From positions 379,455-443,454 of the forward strand of contig CAWCKE010000005.1 of NCBI GenBank assembly GCA_963796115.1: a stretch of 64,000 nt of DNA, in the 5' to 3' direction. The position numbers were made by a program, and so were the translations under genes. The notes beneath the pieces are model-generated. The model had not been told where the DNA came from. It ran no database searches and worked only from the letters and a program-made list of their open reading frames with translations. Below, piece after piece: positions 18,634-28,824 of this stretch. Every line of letters starts with the position of its first letter. Position 1 is the first letter of the stretch. Source of the DNA: an uncultured Acidimicrobiia bacterium. GTDB lineage: Bacteria; Actinomycetota; Acidimicrobiia; Spongiisociales; UBA11373.

Positions 18634-19947
18634 ATGACGCAACCACCCATCCCCCCTGCCGCCCCGCCCTTGCCCGCGCCGCCCCCGGCCAAGACCCGGC
18701 GCTGGCCCAAGCGCCTGCTCATCGGGTTCCTGGTAGTGGCCAACCTCGGGATCTTCGGCGCCCTGGGTGCGGTGTGGTACGTCGCTCGCCAGGTGACCAC
18801 CGCGGTGGCGAACGTTCCGTCGGAGGGGCTGGGGCTGACCGATTCCCCCTCGGACCTGAGCGACCCCCGCACCTTCCTGCTCATCGGCAGCGACAGTCGG
18901 GCCGACCTCCCGGACGACTGGGTGGGGTACGGGGACTACGGCGGCCAGCGCGCCGACGTGATCATGCTGGTGCAGGTGATCCCCGAGACGGGGACGCTGC
19001 AGATGCTCAGCATCCCCCGCGACCTCAAGGTGGTCGTCAACGGCAGCACCAACCGCATCAACGCCGCCTTCAACTACGGGGCCCCGGCCATCGTCGCCGC
19101 CGTCTCGGAGTTCACCGGGTCGCCGATCCACCACTACCTGCAGGTGGACTTCGCCGGTTTCGCCGGGATCGTCGACGCGGTGGGCGGGATCGAGATGACC
19201 TTCCCGTACCCGGCTCGCGACGCGAAGTCGAAGCTGGAGGTGGCCGCCGGCGCGCAGGTGCTCGACGGGCGGACCGCCCTGGCCCTGGCCCGGTCGCGGC
19301 ACTACCAGGAGTTCCGCGAGGGCGAGTGGGTGTTCGTCGATGCCAGCGACCTGGGCCGGACCCGGCGCCAGCAGGATCTGCTCATGGCCCTGATCACCCA
19401 GATCGACCGGCCCTCCTCGGTGGGCGGGTTCAACGAGCTGGTGGACAGCCTGGGACAGTTCGTCACCGCCGACGACACGCTGAACGAGGACGAGATCATC
19501 CAGCTGGCCTGGGAGATGCGCTCGGTCGGGCCGGACAACTTCGATGCCCTGACCTTGCCGGTGAACGGCCTGGAGGAGGGCGGGGTCTCCTACGTGGTGC
19601 CCCGGGAGCCCGATTGCGGGCAGGCCCTGGCCGCCTTCCGCGCCGGCGAGCCGCTGGCCGCCGCGGTGGAGGGCAACGGCCGGGTGGAGGTGCAGAACGG
19701 CAACGGGGTGTCCGGCTCGGCGGGGGAGGTGGCCGACCGCCTGCGCTCCGGCGGCTGGGAGGTGGTGGCGGTGACCAGCGGCGACCGCAGCGACTACACC
19801 ACCACTCTGGTGGTCGCCCGTCCCCGGTACTTGTCCCAGGCGGAGTCGGTGGCCGCCTACCTCGGTTACGGCAGCGTCGAAGTCGGCACAGTGCCCGCGG
19901 GGGCCGACGTAGTGGTTATCGTCGGGGCCGACGCCGTCGGCGGCTGA
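18634..19947 (+). CDS. LCP (LytR-CpsA-Psr) family cell wall glycopolymer transferase with C-terminal LytR_C domain
   Basis: N-terminal TM, LCP catalytic core (FLLIGSDSR...RADVIMLVQV...SIPRDL...), C-terminal LytR_C; syntenic with mycobacterial Rv3267. Confidence 0.85.
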   Translation: MTQPPIPPAAPPLPAPPPAKTRRWPKRLLIGFLVVANLGIFGALGAVWYVARQVTTAVANVPSEGLGLTDSPSDLSDPRTFLLIGSDSRADLPDDWVGYGDYGGQRADVIMLVQVIPETGTLQMLSIPRDLKVVVNGSTNRINAAFNYGAPAIVAAVSEFTGSPIHHYLQVDFAGFAGIVDAVGGIEMTFPYPARDAKSKLEVAAGAQVLDGRTALALARSRHYQEFREGEWVFVDASDLGRTRRQQDLLMALITQIDRPSSVGGFNELVDSLGQFVTADDTLNEDEIIQLAWEMRSVGPDNFDALTLPVNGLEEGGVSYVVPREPDCGQALAAFRAGEPLAAAVEGNGRVEVQNGNGVSGSAGEVADRLRSGGWEVVAVTSGDRSDYTTTLVVARPRYLSQAESVAAYLGYGSVEVGTVPAGADVVVIVGADAVGG

Positions 19948-19986
19948 TCCCCCGAGCCGAAGGCGCGGTTCCGGGAGGAGGGTGGG

Positions 19987-20935
19987 GTGAGTCACAAGGC
20001 GATCGTCACGGGCGGCGCCGGGTTCGTGGGCAGCCACCTGGTGGACCTCCTCGTGGACCGCGGGTGGGACCTGCTCGTGGTGGACGACCTGTCGTCGGGC
20101 CGCCTCGAGCACGTCGCCGCCGCCCGCCGTCGGGGCAAGGTGTCGGTGCTGGTCATGGACATCCGGGCTCCCGAGCTCGGCGCGGAGGCGGCGCGCTTCG
20201 GCCCCGAGGTGGTCTTCCACCTCGCCGCCCAGTCCAAGGTCAGGCCTTCGGTGGAGGACCCGGTCTTCGACGCCTCGGTGAACGTGCTGGGCACCATCAA
20301 CGTCCTCCGCTCTGCGGTCCGTGCCGGTGCCCGGCGGGTGGTGTTCGCCTCATCGGGCGGGGCGATCTACGGCGACGGTGCCCGCCTCCCCGCCACCGAG
20401 CGGACGGCCAAGCGGCCGGCGTCGCCCTACGGGATCAGCAAGAAGGTCGTCGAGGACTACTTCCGCTGGTTCCAGGAGACCTACGGCCTCACCTATGTGC
20501 TGCTCGCCCCCGCCAACATCTACGGGCCGCGTCAAGACCCCGGCCTCGAGGGCGGCGTGGTCGCGGTGTTCAGCCGGGCGATGCTGGAGGGCCGCCGCCC
20601 CACCATCTTCGGCGACGGCCGCCAGACTCGCGACTTCGTCTACGTCGAGGATGTGGTCGACGCCTTCTTGCGCGCCGCCGACGCCCGGGGCGGCCTGCTG
20701 GCCAACATCGGCAGCGGGCAAGAGACCACGGTGCTCCGGCTCTACGACGACGCTGGCCCGGCTCACCGGCTTCCGCCAGCCGCCGGAGTTCACCGCGCCC
20801 AAGCCGGGGGACATCCTGCGCTCCGTGCTCGACCCGTCCCGGGCCAAGACCGCCCTGGGCTGGGAGCCCTGGACCTCTCTGGAGGAGGGCCTGAGCCGGA
20901 CCGTGGAGTGGTACCGCAGCCGGCCGGCGAGCTGA
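19987..20935 (+). CDS. NAD-dependent epimerase/dehydratase (GalE-like extended SDR), one indel near 20748
   Basis: GGAGFVGSHLVDLL, YGISKKVVEDYF (YxxxK); after TTVLRLYDD the sequence continues in ORF 20321..20935 frame (LARLTGFRQPPEFTAPKPGDILRSVLDPSRAKTALGWEP...); extra G in GACGACGCTGGCC. Confidence 0.75.
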
Positions 20936-21020
20936 GGGCGCTCAGACGCCCCGTGCCAGGGCGCCGCGCCGCGCTCGGGCATAGCTGGCCCAGGCGGCGG
21001 ACTCCGGCGATGATGGGGTC

Positions 21021-21347
21021 ATGCCCTACACCCTCATCCCCGATGTGCCCGGCCGAGCGGAGGTGCCCGAGGCGGGCACGCTGAGCCGGGTGCTGCACGA
21101 CGACGGTCGCCTGCGCCTGGTGCTCTTCGCCTTCGATGCCGGCCAGGAACTGACCGAGCACACCGCCAGTGTCCCGGCTGTGCTCCAGGTCGTCTCCGGC
21201 CGCTTCCGGGTGAGCGCCGGCGGCGACACCTTCGAGATGGGCCCGGAGGCGTGGCTGCTCCTCGACGCCCGCGAGCCGCACTCCCTGCTGGCCCTGGAGC
21301 CCGCCCGGCTGCTGCTCACGATGCTCCGGCGGTCGGAGGAGGGTTGA
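21021..21347 (+). CDS. Cupin domain protein
   Basis: 108-aa ORF with cupin-like beta-barrel motif spacing (LRLVLFAFDAGQELTEHTA...VLQVVSGRFRV). Confidence 0.55.
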   Translation: MPYTLIPDVPGRAEVPEAGTLSRVLHDDGRLRLVLFAFDAGQELTEHTASVPAVLQVVSGRFRVSAGGDTFEMGPEAWLLLDAREPHSLLALEPARLLLTMLRRSEEG

Positions 21348-21368
21348 GCGGCCCGGCCGATCTGGAGC

Positions 21369-22256
21369 TCATCCCTCCAGGTCTTCGATGCGCCGCGGCC
21401 AGTCCTCCTTGAGCAGGCGGCTGAGCGCCCGGTCGGCCAGGACCCGGCCGCCGGTCTGGCAGCGCGGGCAGTAGTTGGTCTCGTCGTCGGCGTGGACGAT
21501 GCGCTGCACCGGGGTGCCGCAGACGGGGCAGGGCTGCCCGTAGCGGCCGTGCACCGCCATCTCCGGGTGGAAGGCGGTCACCTTCTCGGGGAAGCCATCG
21601 GCCGCCTCGGCCCGCAGGCGGTCCACCCACTCGGCGAGCACCTCCTGCACCGCGGCGTGGAGGCGGTCGAGTTCGCCGGGTTCCAGGGTGTCGGTGCGGG
21701 CGAGGGGGCTGAGGCGAGCCCGGTGCATGATCTCGTCGGCGTAGGCGCCGCCGATGCCGGAGATCAGGGTGGGGTCGGTCAACGCCCGCTTCAGGGTGTG
21801 CCGCTCCCGGGTGAGGGCGGCGGCGAAGAGGGCCGGGTCGGCGGCGAACGGTTCCACCCCGCCGGGGTCGTGGCCGGCGAGGGCGTCCTCGCCCTGGACG
21901 ATGTAGATCGACGCCCGCTTGCGGGTTCCCTCCTCGGTGAGCAGGAAGGTGTGGGCGGGGAAGTCGAGAGCGGCGAGCCCCCGCTTGCGGGGCAGGGCGG
22001 CGCCGGGGGCCCGGCGGCGCAGGCGCCCGGCCACCATCAGGTGGATGACCACGAAGAAGCCCCCGGCGAGCTCGAGGACGATGCGCTTGCCGAGGCGCCG
22101 CACTCCGGTGAGCACCCGGCCCTCGAGTTCGCTCGGCGCCGGGTCCACTGAGCGCAGCACCCACGGGCTGGCGATCCGCAGGCGCAGCAGGGGTGTGCCC
22201 CCGGCCAGGGCGGCCAGGCGCTCGCAGTAGACGACGACGTCGGGCAGTTCGGGCAT
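21369..22256 (-). CDS. Formamidopyrimidine-DNA glycosylase / Nei family DNA glycosylase
   Basis: MPELPDV N-terminus (catalytic Pro2/Glu3), H2TH region, C-terminal zinc finger CPVCGTPV...CPRC. Confidence 0.85.
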   Translation of the reverse strand: MPELPDVVVYCERLAALAGGTPLLRLRIASPWVLRSVDPAPSELEGRVLTGVRRLGKRIVLELAGGFFVVIHLMVAGRLRRRAPGAALPRKRGLAALDFPAHTFLLTEEGTRKRASIYIVQGEDALAGHDPGGVEPFAADPALFAAALTRERHTLKRALTDPTLISGIGGAYADEIMHRARLSPLARTDTLEPGELDRLHAAVQEVLAEWVDRLRAEAADGFPEKVTAFHPEMAVHGRYGQPCPVCGTPVQRIVHADDETNYCPRCQTGGRVLADRALSRLLKEDWPRRIEDLEG

Positions 22257-22261
22257 GGGAC

Positions 22262-22984
22262 CTACCGGAACATGTCCTCCCCGGGCGGACGGATCAGATC
22301 GACGGCGCGCCCCTCCCCGCGAGGGACGGCGAGGCCTCGCACCAGGGCGGCGGGGACGCCCGCCGCCTTCCCCATGGCGAGGTCGGCGGCGGCGGCGATC
22401 TCGTCCACGACCGCGACCTCGGTGACCTTCAGCTCCCGCCCCTGGGCGTCGTGGGTCCCCCGCAGGTCGAGGATCACCTCCAGCCCGGACACGCCGATGG
22501 CCACGTCCACCAGCCCCTTGCGCCAGGCGCGTCCGAAGGTGTCGGTGATGACCACCGGCAAGTCCACTCCGGTGAGCCGGCGCAGGGCGAGGCGCAGGCT
22601 GTGAGCCGAACGGTCGGGTTCGGCGGGGAGAAGGACGGCCGTCCCCGGGGCGGTGTTGGAGCGGTCGACCCCGGCGTTGGCGCAGATGAAGCCGTGGCGG
22701 GTCTTGGCGATCACCAGGCTGCCGCGCCGGCGCAGGATCTCCACCGCCTGATCCTCCACCAGCCGCCGGTAGGCGGCTTCCTCCTCGCCCTCCAGTGGGA
22801 CCACCGCCCCTTCGGCCTTGGAGACCGCCTTGTGCGTCACCACCAGCACGTCCCCCGGCTCCGGTCCGAGGCCGGCCTGTGAGAGGGCATGGGCGAGCAG
22901 CCCGGCGAGGTCGTCGCCGGGGCGGATCTCGGGCAAGCCGGGCACGGGGTGGATGGAGATGGTCAGGGCAACTCCAGCAGCCAT
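22262..22984 (-). CDS. cofE: Coenzyme F420-0:L-glutamate ligase CofE (short form without nitroreductase domain)
   Basis: MAAGVALTISIHPVPGLPEIRPGDDL...VVTHKAVSKAEG...GFICANAGVDRSN...VITDTFGRAWRKG. Confidence 0.8.
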   Translation of the reverse strand: MAAGVALTISIHPVPGLPEIRPGDDLAGLLAHALSQAGLGPEPGDVLVVTHKAVSKAEGAVVPLEGEEEAAYRRLVEDQAVEILRRRGSLVIAKTRHGFICANAGVDRSNTAPGTAVLLPAEPDRSAHSLRLALRRLTGVDLPVVITDTFGRAWRKGLVDVAIGVSGLEVILDLRGTHDAQGRELKVTEVAVVDEIAAAADLAMGKAAGVPAALVRGLAVPRGEGRAVDLIRPPGEDMFR

Positions 22985-23906
22985 TCGGCGAAGCGCGCGC
23001 GCGGCGGCGGGCTCGGTGATGCGGGTGTCGGCGGCGTGTATCCGCACCCTGCCTTCGCCGAGTCTGGCCACATCGTCACGGTCGCCCTCGTCGATCACCA
23101 AATCGGTGAGCAGGCCCTCGTATGCCGCCAGCACGCCTGCGTTGCCCGGAGGCAGGCCGAGGGCGGCCATCACCCGGTCGGCTGGGCCCTTGAGGGTCTT
23201 GCCGCCAAAGAGAGGGCTGACCGCGATCACCCGCGGGGCCGCGGCCACGGCGCGCCGGATGTGCTCGACGGCCAGGATCGGCCAGATCGAGAGGGGCGGG
23301 TTCGAAGGGCCGATGACCACCGTGCCGGCCGCCTGCAGCGCCTCGAGCACCCCCGGGGCCGGCCGGGCCTCGCGGGCATTGTCGAAGTAGACGGCGGAGA
23401 GCTCGTCGCGATGGCCCCGCAGCACGAAGTACTCCTGGAACGACAGCCATTCCCCAGCCGGCGGTGCGGACCCGGGTGTTGAGGCGGCCGTCGGTGACGG
23501 GGAGCAGGCGGCAGCGGACGCCGAGGGCGGCGGCCAGACGGGCGGTCACTTCACTCAGGCGTGCCCCGGAACGCAGCGCGGCGGTCCGGAACAGGTTGAG
23601 CGCCAGGTCGGTGTCGCCCAACCGGAAGGTGGTGTCCGCCCCGAGGGCGGCCAGGTATCCCAGGATGTGGAAGGTATCTCCGGCCCGGCCCCACCCCTCG
23701 GGGCCCTCGACGCCCGTCAGGGTGTAGGTCACCGTGTCGAGGTCGGGCGACACGTGCAGCCCGTAGACGTCCTCGTCGTCGCCGACGTTGACCACCACGG
23801 TCAGGTCGGCGGGGTCGAGCGCGGCGGCCAGGCCGCGGGCCAGGCGAGCGCCGCCCACCCCTCCCGAGAGGAGCGCCACCTGCCGAGAAGATTGCCGTTC
23901 TCCCAC
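22985..23906 (-). CDS. cofD: 2-phospho-L-lactate transferase CofD (FbiA); indel near 23440; as sequenced reads in-frame into cofE without a stop
   Basis: The N-terminal part is in the 23076..24383 ORF frame (VGERQSSRQVALLSGGVGGARLARGL...NVGDDEDVYGLHVSPDLDTV...RLNTRVRTA). The C-terminal part continues in the 22262..23425 frame (LSFQEYFVLRGHRDE...VVIGPSNPPLSIWPIL). An alternative +1 frame would end in ...ARFAEWLLELP* overlapping the cofE ATG. Confidence 0.7.
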
Positions 23907-23918
23907 CGAGGCTCCACA

Positions 23919-26723
23919 ATGGCGGGGCCGATGACCTCCGAGACCGCCTCCAACCTGCCCGAACCGCTCGGGGCGGTCGCCACCGTGGTGGTCGCCGATT
24001 CGGCGGAGCGGCTCGGGGCTTGCCTGTCGGCGGTCGGGCAGCAAGTGTACGTGCCCTCGCAGGTCTTGGTCGCCGGCGGGGACCGGGCGGTGCGGGCGGT
24101 AGCCGACGAGCACCGTGCCCTGTGGCGCCCCACCCTCCGGGCCGCCATGGACGCCGTCGACCCCGGGACCGTCTTCGTCTGGCTGCTGCGCGACCGGGCG
24201 CGGCCCCGTCCCGATGCCCTCGAGGCGCTGGTGGAGGATGGGGCGCGGGTGGATGCGTCGGTGGCCGGGTCCAAGATGCTCGACGCCGCCGACCCCACCG
24301 TCCTGGTCTCGGTGGGCTACGCCACCGATGTCTTCGACGCGCCGTACAGCGGCCTGCAGGCCGGTGAGATCGACCAGCAGCAATACGACGTGATCCGGGA
24401 CGTGGCCGCGGTGTCCACCGCGTCGATGCTGGTGCGGTTCGACCTGCTCCGCGGCCTGGGAGGGTTCGACCCGGCCATGGGACCCACCGCCGCGTCGATC
24501 GACCTGTGCCAGCGGGCCCGGCTGCGCGGCGGCCGGGTGGTGGCGGTGCCGTCGTCGGAGGTTCTCTACGAGGGGCGCGACGTCGCCGCCAACTGGCAGG
24601 CGCGGGCGGGGGAGCTTCGGGCGATGATCAAGGTGTACAGCCCGATCACTCTGCTGTGGGCGGTGCCCCTCGCCTTTCTGTCCGGCCTGGCGGAGAGCGT
24701 CGTGGGGCCGTTCCTCGGCCGGTGGCCGCTCTTCGGGTTCCTCGCCGGCTGGCTGCGGGCGCTGGTGGGCCTGCCTTCCACCCTGGTCGCCCGGTGGCGG
24801 ACACGCCGGTTTCGGGTGGTCGGCGACGAGGAGTTGTTCCGCTACCAGACCGGGGGCTCGGCCCGCCTCAAGGGGATGTACGACCAGGGCCTCGAGCGCC
24901 TGCGAGCCCGCTTCCCCGAGGGCGTGCTCTCCGGCTTCTCCGGCGCGCTGGAAACGGGCCAGGAGCGGCTCCGGCGCCCGGCGGTGATCCTCGGGCTGGC
25001 GGGGATCGCCTTCGCCCTGGTGGCCACCCGTTCCATCTGGCTCGGCAGCCTGCCCGTCGTCGGCTACACGTTGCCGCCGCCCGAGTCGGCCACTGCCGCC
25101 CTCGGGGCTTACGCCGGCGGGTGGAACCCGGCCGGCCTCGGGTCACCCGAGGTCCTGCGCCCCGAGGTGGGCGCCACCGCCCTGCTGCAGCTGATCCTCT
25201 TCGGCAAGGCCGGGCTGGCCGTGGCGGTGCTCACAGTGGCGGCTTTCGTGGGCGGGGTGTTCGGCACTGCCCGGCTTCTACGGGTGTGGGGGATGGGCCC
25301 GGTGGCCGGCTACCTCGCCGGCGCTGTGCTCATGGGCGGCCCGGCCGCGTCGGCGATCGCGGGTGGCGGCTCCTGGGCAACGGTGATCGCCCTCGGGGCG
25401 GTGCCGTGGGCGGTGGTCGGCGCTTTGGCCCCCTGGCCGGGGTCATGGGCGCGGAGGGTGGGCCGGCTGGCCGGGTTGGCGCTGGCCACCGGCTGGACCG
25501 GCGCCTTCGCCCCGGCAGCCCTGGCCGTCCCGGCGGCGGCGGTGCTGCTCTGGGCGCTGGTGGGCCGCGGCCGGCGCTGGCCGGCCGTGCCGCTGGCCCT
25601 GGCCGGGGCCGCCCTGGCGATCCCCCTGCTCATGCCCTGGGTGCTGTACGCCGACCTGGAGGGGATCTTCACGTCGGGCTCCCCGGCGTTCTGGGAACCG
25701 GGATGGATGATGGCCGCGGCCGCGGCGGCTCTCCTGTTCAGTCTCCTGGGCGGCGACCGGGCCGTGGCCGCCCTGGCCGGGTGGGGCGGGGTGTTGGCGG
25801 CAGCCGGAGCGTTGCTCGCCCGGAGTGGAGAACTGGGGGTGGGGAGAGAGGCCGGGCAGGCGGGCCTGGTGGCCGCCTCGCTGGGCCTGGCGGCGGTGGC
25901 AGGCGCGGCGCTGGAGGCCGGGGCACGTCGGCGCGAATTCGGTGGGCTGCGCGGGGCGGCGGGGGTGGCGGCCGCGCTGGCGGCGGTGGTCCTCGTCGGC
26001 AGCAGCGCCGTCTTCGCGGTGTCGGGCCGGGCGGGCCTGCCGGAGGATCGTTACACCGGCCTGCTGGCCTTCGCCACGGTCGGCGAGGGGCCGGCGGCGC
26101 GGGTGCTGCTGTTCGGCCCCCATGATGACCTGCCCGGAACCAGCCGCGACCTGCAGGGCCTGGGTTACCGCCTCATCACCCCGCCCCACGCCTTGTCCTG
26201 GGACGCCTATCTGAACGAGCCGCGTCTGGGCGACGAGGCGCTGCAGGGCGTGCTCACCGACCTGCTCGACGGCGATGTGCGGCGGGCGGGCGAGCGCCTC
26301 GCCGCCTTCGGCATCGGCTGGGTTGCCTTCACCGAGGAGAGCCCGCTGGAAGCCGTCTTCGAGGCGCAACTGGACATGGTCCCGCTGCGCGGCCTGGAAG
26401 TCTCCACCTTCCGCAACGAGGTGGCCGCCGCGGTGGCTGTTGGGTCCGAAGGCGACGCTTGGCAGCCCGAGGGCACCGGGTTCGACCGTACTGAGGGCGG
26501 CGGCGGGGACACGGTGCACCTGGCGGCCAACGCCGACTACCGCTGGGGGCCGGGGGAGTGGAGCCAGGCCGACTGGGCCAACGAGGTGGAGACGGCGGGG
26601 TCGGAGATCCGCTTTGCCGTCAACCCCGCCCGGCGCTACCTGGCTGTGGGCTCGGCCGCCTGGCTGGGGGTGTTGGTCAGCCTGCTCGGCTTGGGCTGGT
26701 GGGGACGGAGGCGAGAGCGATGA
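23919..26723 (+). CDS. Family 2 glycosyltransferase fused to a large (~700 aa) polytopic membrane domain (putative polymerising synthase)
   Basis: N-terminal GT2-like region (VATVVVADSAERLGACLSAV...LLRDRARPRPDALEAL...) followed by >15 predicted TM helices rich in A/L/G/W; intact 934-aa frame; start 23919 (or 23931). Confidence 0.7.
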   Translation: MAGPMTSETASNLPEPLGAVATVVVADSAERLGACLSAVGQQVYVPSQVLVAGGDRAVRAVADEHRALWRPTLRAAMDAVDPGTVFVWLLRDRARPRPDALEALVEDGARVDASVAGSKMLDAADPTVLVSVGYATDVFDAPYSGLQAGEIDQQQYDVIRDVAAVSTASMLVRFDLLRGLGGFDPAMGPTAASIDLCQRARLRGGRVVAVPSSEVLYEGRDVAANWQARAGELRAMIKVYSPITLLWAVPLAFLSGLAESVVGPFLGRWPLFGFLAGWLRALVGLPSTLVARWRTRRFRVVGDEELFRYQTGGSARLKGMYDQGLERLRARFPEGVLSGFSGALETGQERLRRPAVILGLAGIAFALVATRSIWLGSLPVVGYTLPPPESATAALGAYAGGWNPAGLGSPEVLRPEVGATALLQLILFGKAGLAVAVLTVAAFVGGVFGTARLLRVWGMGPVAGYLAGAVLMGGPAASAIAGGGSWATVIALGAVPWAVVGALAPWPGSWARRVGRLAGLALATGWTGAFAPAALAVPAAAVLLWALVGRGRRWPAVPLALAGAALAIPLLMPWVLYADLEGIFTSGSPAFWEPGWMMAAAAAALLFSLLGGDRAVAALAGWGGVLAAAGALLARSGELGVGREAGQAGLVAASLGLAAVAGAALEAGARRREFGGLRGAAGVAAALAAVVLVGSSAVFAVSGRAGLPEDRYTGLLAFATVGEGPAARVLLFGPHDDLPGTSRDLQGLGYRLITPPHALSWDAYLNEPRLGDEALQGVLTDLLDGDVRRAGERLAAFGIGWVAFTEESPLEAVFEAQLDMVPLRGLEVSTFRNEVAAAVAVGSEGDAWQPEGTGFDRTEGGGGDTVHLAANADYRWGPGEWSQADWANEVETAGSEIRFAVNPARRYLAVGSAAWLGVLVSLLGLGWWGRRRER

Positions 26724-28064
26724 GGCGTCTCCTGGTGCTGGCGGCGGTGGGAGCGATCGTCGCCGCCGCTTTCTTGATCCCGGCCCCGGAGTTGGCGCCC
26801 GAGCCGCTGCAGGGGCTGGTGCTCGAGGGCCCCGGGCTGTCCTCCCCCGAGGACGCGAGCATCTGGTACTGCCCCTGGGCCCAATCGGATGCGTCGCGGG
26901 ACTCGGTGTTCGGGGTCGTGTCACTCGCCGAGGCCACCGCCGCCTTCACGCTTGCCCGTGGCCGTGCCCGGCCAGGCGGCCGACACCGCCTCGGTGTCGG
27001 TGACGGGGCGGGGGGCGGGCACCCTGGCACTGAGCGAGGTTGCCCAGCGGGGTGATTCGCCGGGGTTCGTCGAGTTCGACGGCGGGCCGGCAGCGGTTTC
27101 GGTGACGGTGATCGGGGAGGGGGTGCTCGCCGCCGACGCCTGCGTGTCCTCAGGGCCCCAGGTGTGGCACTTCCCGGGCGGCTCGACCATGCCCGGCGAG
27201 CACCTCACCCTGCGCATCTTCAACCCGTTCCCCGAGGCGGCCAAGGTCACCGTCACCGGTGTCTCCGACATAGGTGTCGAGGCCCTCGGTGAACTGGAGA
27301 ACCTGGCGGTGGGGGCTCGCTCCTGGCGGGACGTGGAGTTCGAGTCCCTCCTCCGGCAGCGCCAGAACCTGGTGATCACGGTGACGGCGGTCGGAGGGGT
27401 GGTGGTGCCGGCGATGGTCCTGGGCAACGAGGCCGACGAGGACTGGTGGCCCGGGGTGGGCGAGGCCACCGAGTGGGAGTTCCCGGTGGCGCGGGTCACC
27501 GACACCGACGGCTACCTGGTGGTGCACAACCCCGGTCTGGGCTCGGTCGAGGTGACCGTGGACCTGTTCACGGCGGAGGGCGCGATCATCGAGGCCTTCA
27601 CCGCCACGGTGGCGCCGGAGGCTCCCGCCCGGTTCGATCTCTCCGCCTATCCGGGCGACTCCCTTGGCGCCCGGGTGACGGCGAGCGGCCCGGTGGCGGC
27701 GGGGGTGGTCGCCCTGGGGGAGGGGGAAGTCGCGGTGATGCCCGGCGCCTCGGGCCAGGCTTCCACCTGGCTGCTGCCCGGGCTGCGCCGGCTTCCTCTG
27801 CACGCCGCCAGCATCTGGCTGCTCAACACGTCGTCGGAGGAGTCGATCTCGGCCACGGTGAGCCCGCTCGGCGGCGGGGGGCTGGGTGGGGAGACCGTCG
27901 TCGTGGCCCCGGGGGTGCCCCGGCAGGTAGACGTGACCGCGGGGGGTGCTGAGGGGTTCCTGGTCGAGGCCTCGTCGCCGCTGACCGTGGCCTGGAGCGT
28001 GCGCGGCCCGAGCGGCCTGGCGTTCGCCCTGGCTTCCCCGGTCGCCGAGCCCGCGGAGGAATGA
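26721..28064 (+). CDS. Secreted beta-rich repeat protein, translationally coupled (ATGA) to the GT2-membrane synthase; one indel near 26960
   Basis: MRRLLVLAAVGAIVAAAFLIPAPE signal/anchor in frame of ORF 26558..27055, continuing in ORF 26889..28064; four ~100-aa modules each ending in ...VTVTGVS / VEVTVDLF / ISATVSP / LTVAWSV (Ig-like/CARDB-like). Confidence 0.6.
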
Positions 28065-28073
28065 CAAAATCGG

Positions 28074-28098
28074 CTTACGCGCGAGGAGCGCGCGTAAG
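28074..28098. promoter_or_regulatory. Perfect 10-bp inverted repeat (CTTACGCGCG-aggag-CGCGCGTAAG) between secreted-protein gene and DUF3499 gene
   Basis: Read directly in sequence; no U-tract follows, so either a GC-type terminator or a protein-binding palindrome. Confidence 0.4.
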
Positions 28099-28152
28099 AA
28101 CGCCAGAGGCCGAATCACGCGGTTGTAGTTCATCGGGTAGAGTTGGTGGACG

Positions 28153-28380
28153 ATGATCGAACGCTGTGTCCGCTGCGGGGCCCCGGCCGGCATCAAGATG
28201 GCCTTCGCCTATGAGGCCCGGCTCATCTGGCTGGAGGACCTCAGCGAGCCGACCATCCCCGGGCTCGGCTACGCCATGTGCGAGTCGCATGCCGACCGGC
28301 TCACCCCTCCGGTGGGCTGGTCCTTGCACGACCGGCGCCGCGCCGATCGCCCGCTGTTCGCCGCCCTCGAGGTGGCTTGA
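28153..28380 (+). CDS. DUF3499-family protein (Rv3258c-like)
   Basis: MIERCVRCGAPAGIKMAFAYEARLIWLEDL...YAMCESHADRLTPPVGWSLHDRR matches the actinobacterial DUF3499 signature; family members are usually ~125-165 aa so the 3' end may be truncated by an indel. Confidence 0.65.
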   Translation: MIERCVRCGAPAGIKMAFAYEARLIWLEDLSEPTIPGLGYAMCESHADRLTPPVGWSLHDRRRADRPLFAALEVA

Positions 28381-28445
28381 TGGGCTGCTTCCCCGGCTGA
28401 GCGCCGTGCCCCTGGATCGCGATCTGCTCGAGGCGGTCAGGGAGA

Positions 28446-28759
28446 TGGATGAGCACGACCTGCGGCGCCTGCTGATCCTCGCCAAGGCGCGCCTCGAAGC
28501 CAAGGGCGCCACTTTCGATGCGGCGGCTCCCCGGGTGCGGATGCGGGCCAGCCTGGTCCGCTGCGGCAAGCCCAATTGCACCCGCTGTCCCCACGGCCCC
28601 TACTGGTACGCCCACTGGACGGAAGGTGGCCGGCGGCACTCGCGCTACGTGGGGAAACTGGGCGACGGGGTCGATCTCGCTGGTCCGGCGGCCCCCCCCG
28701 GGGGGTCCGGCGCCGGTTCGGGCGGTGAGCCCTCCCCGGGGGCGACGGGGCCCGGCTAG
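28446..28759 (+). CDS. Small protein with CGKPNCTRCPHGPYWY zinc-ribbon-like motif (possibly the frameshifted C-terminal part of the DUF3499 gene)
   Basis: Frame of ORF 28166..28759: MDEHDLRRLLILAKARLEAKGATFDAAAPRVRMRASLVRCGKPNCTRCPHGPYWYAHWTEGGRRHSRYVGK then Gly/Pro-rich tail. Confidence 0.35.
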
Positions 28760-28824
28760 AAACGGCTCAAGTCCGCGGGGCGTATCTGCCGATACACACT
28801 CCCGTCCATCAGGAGGAAGGTCGT

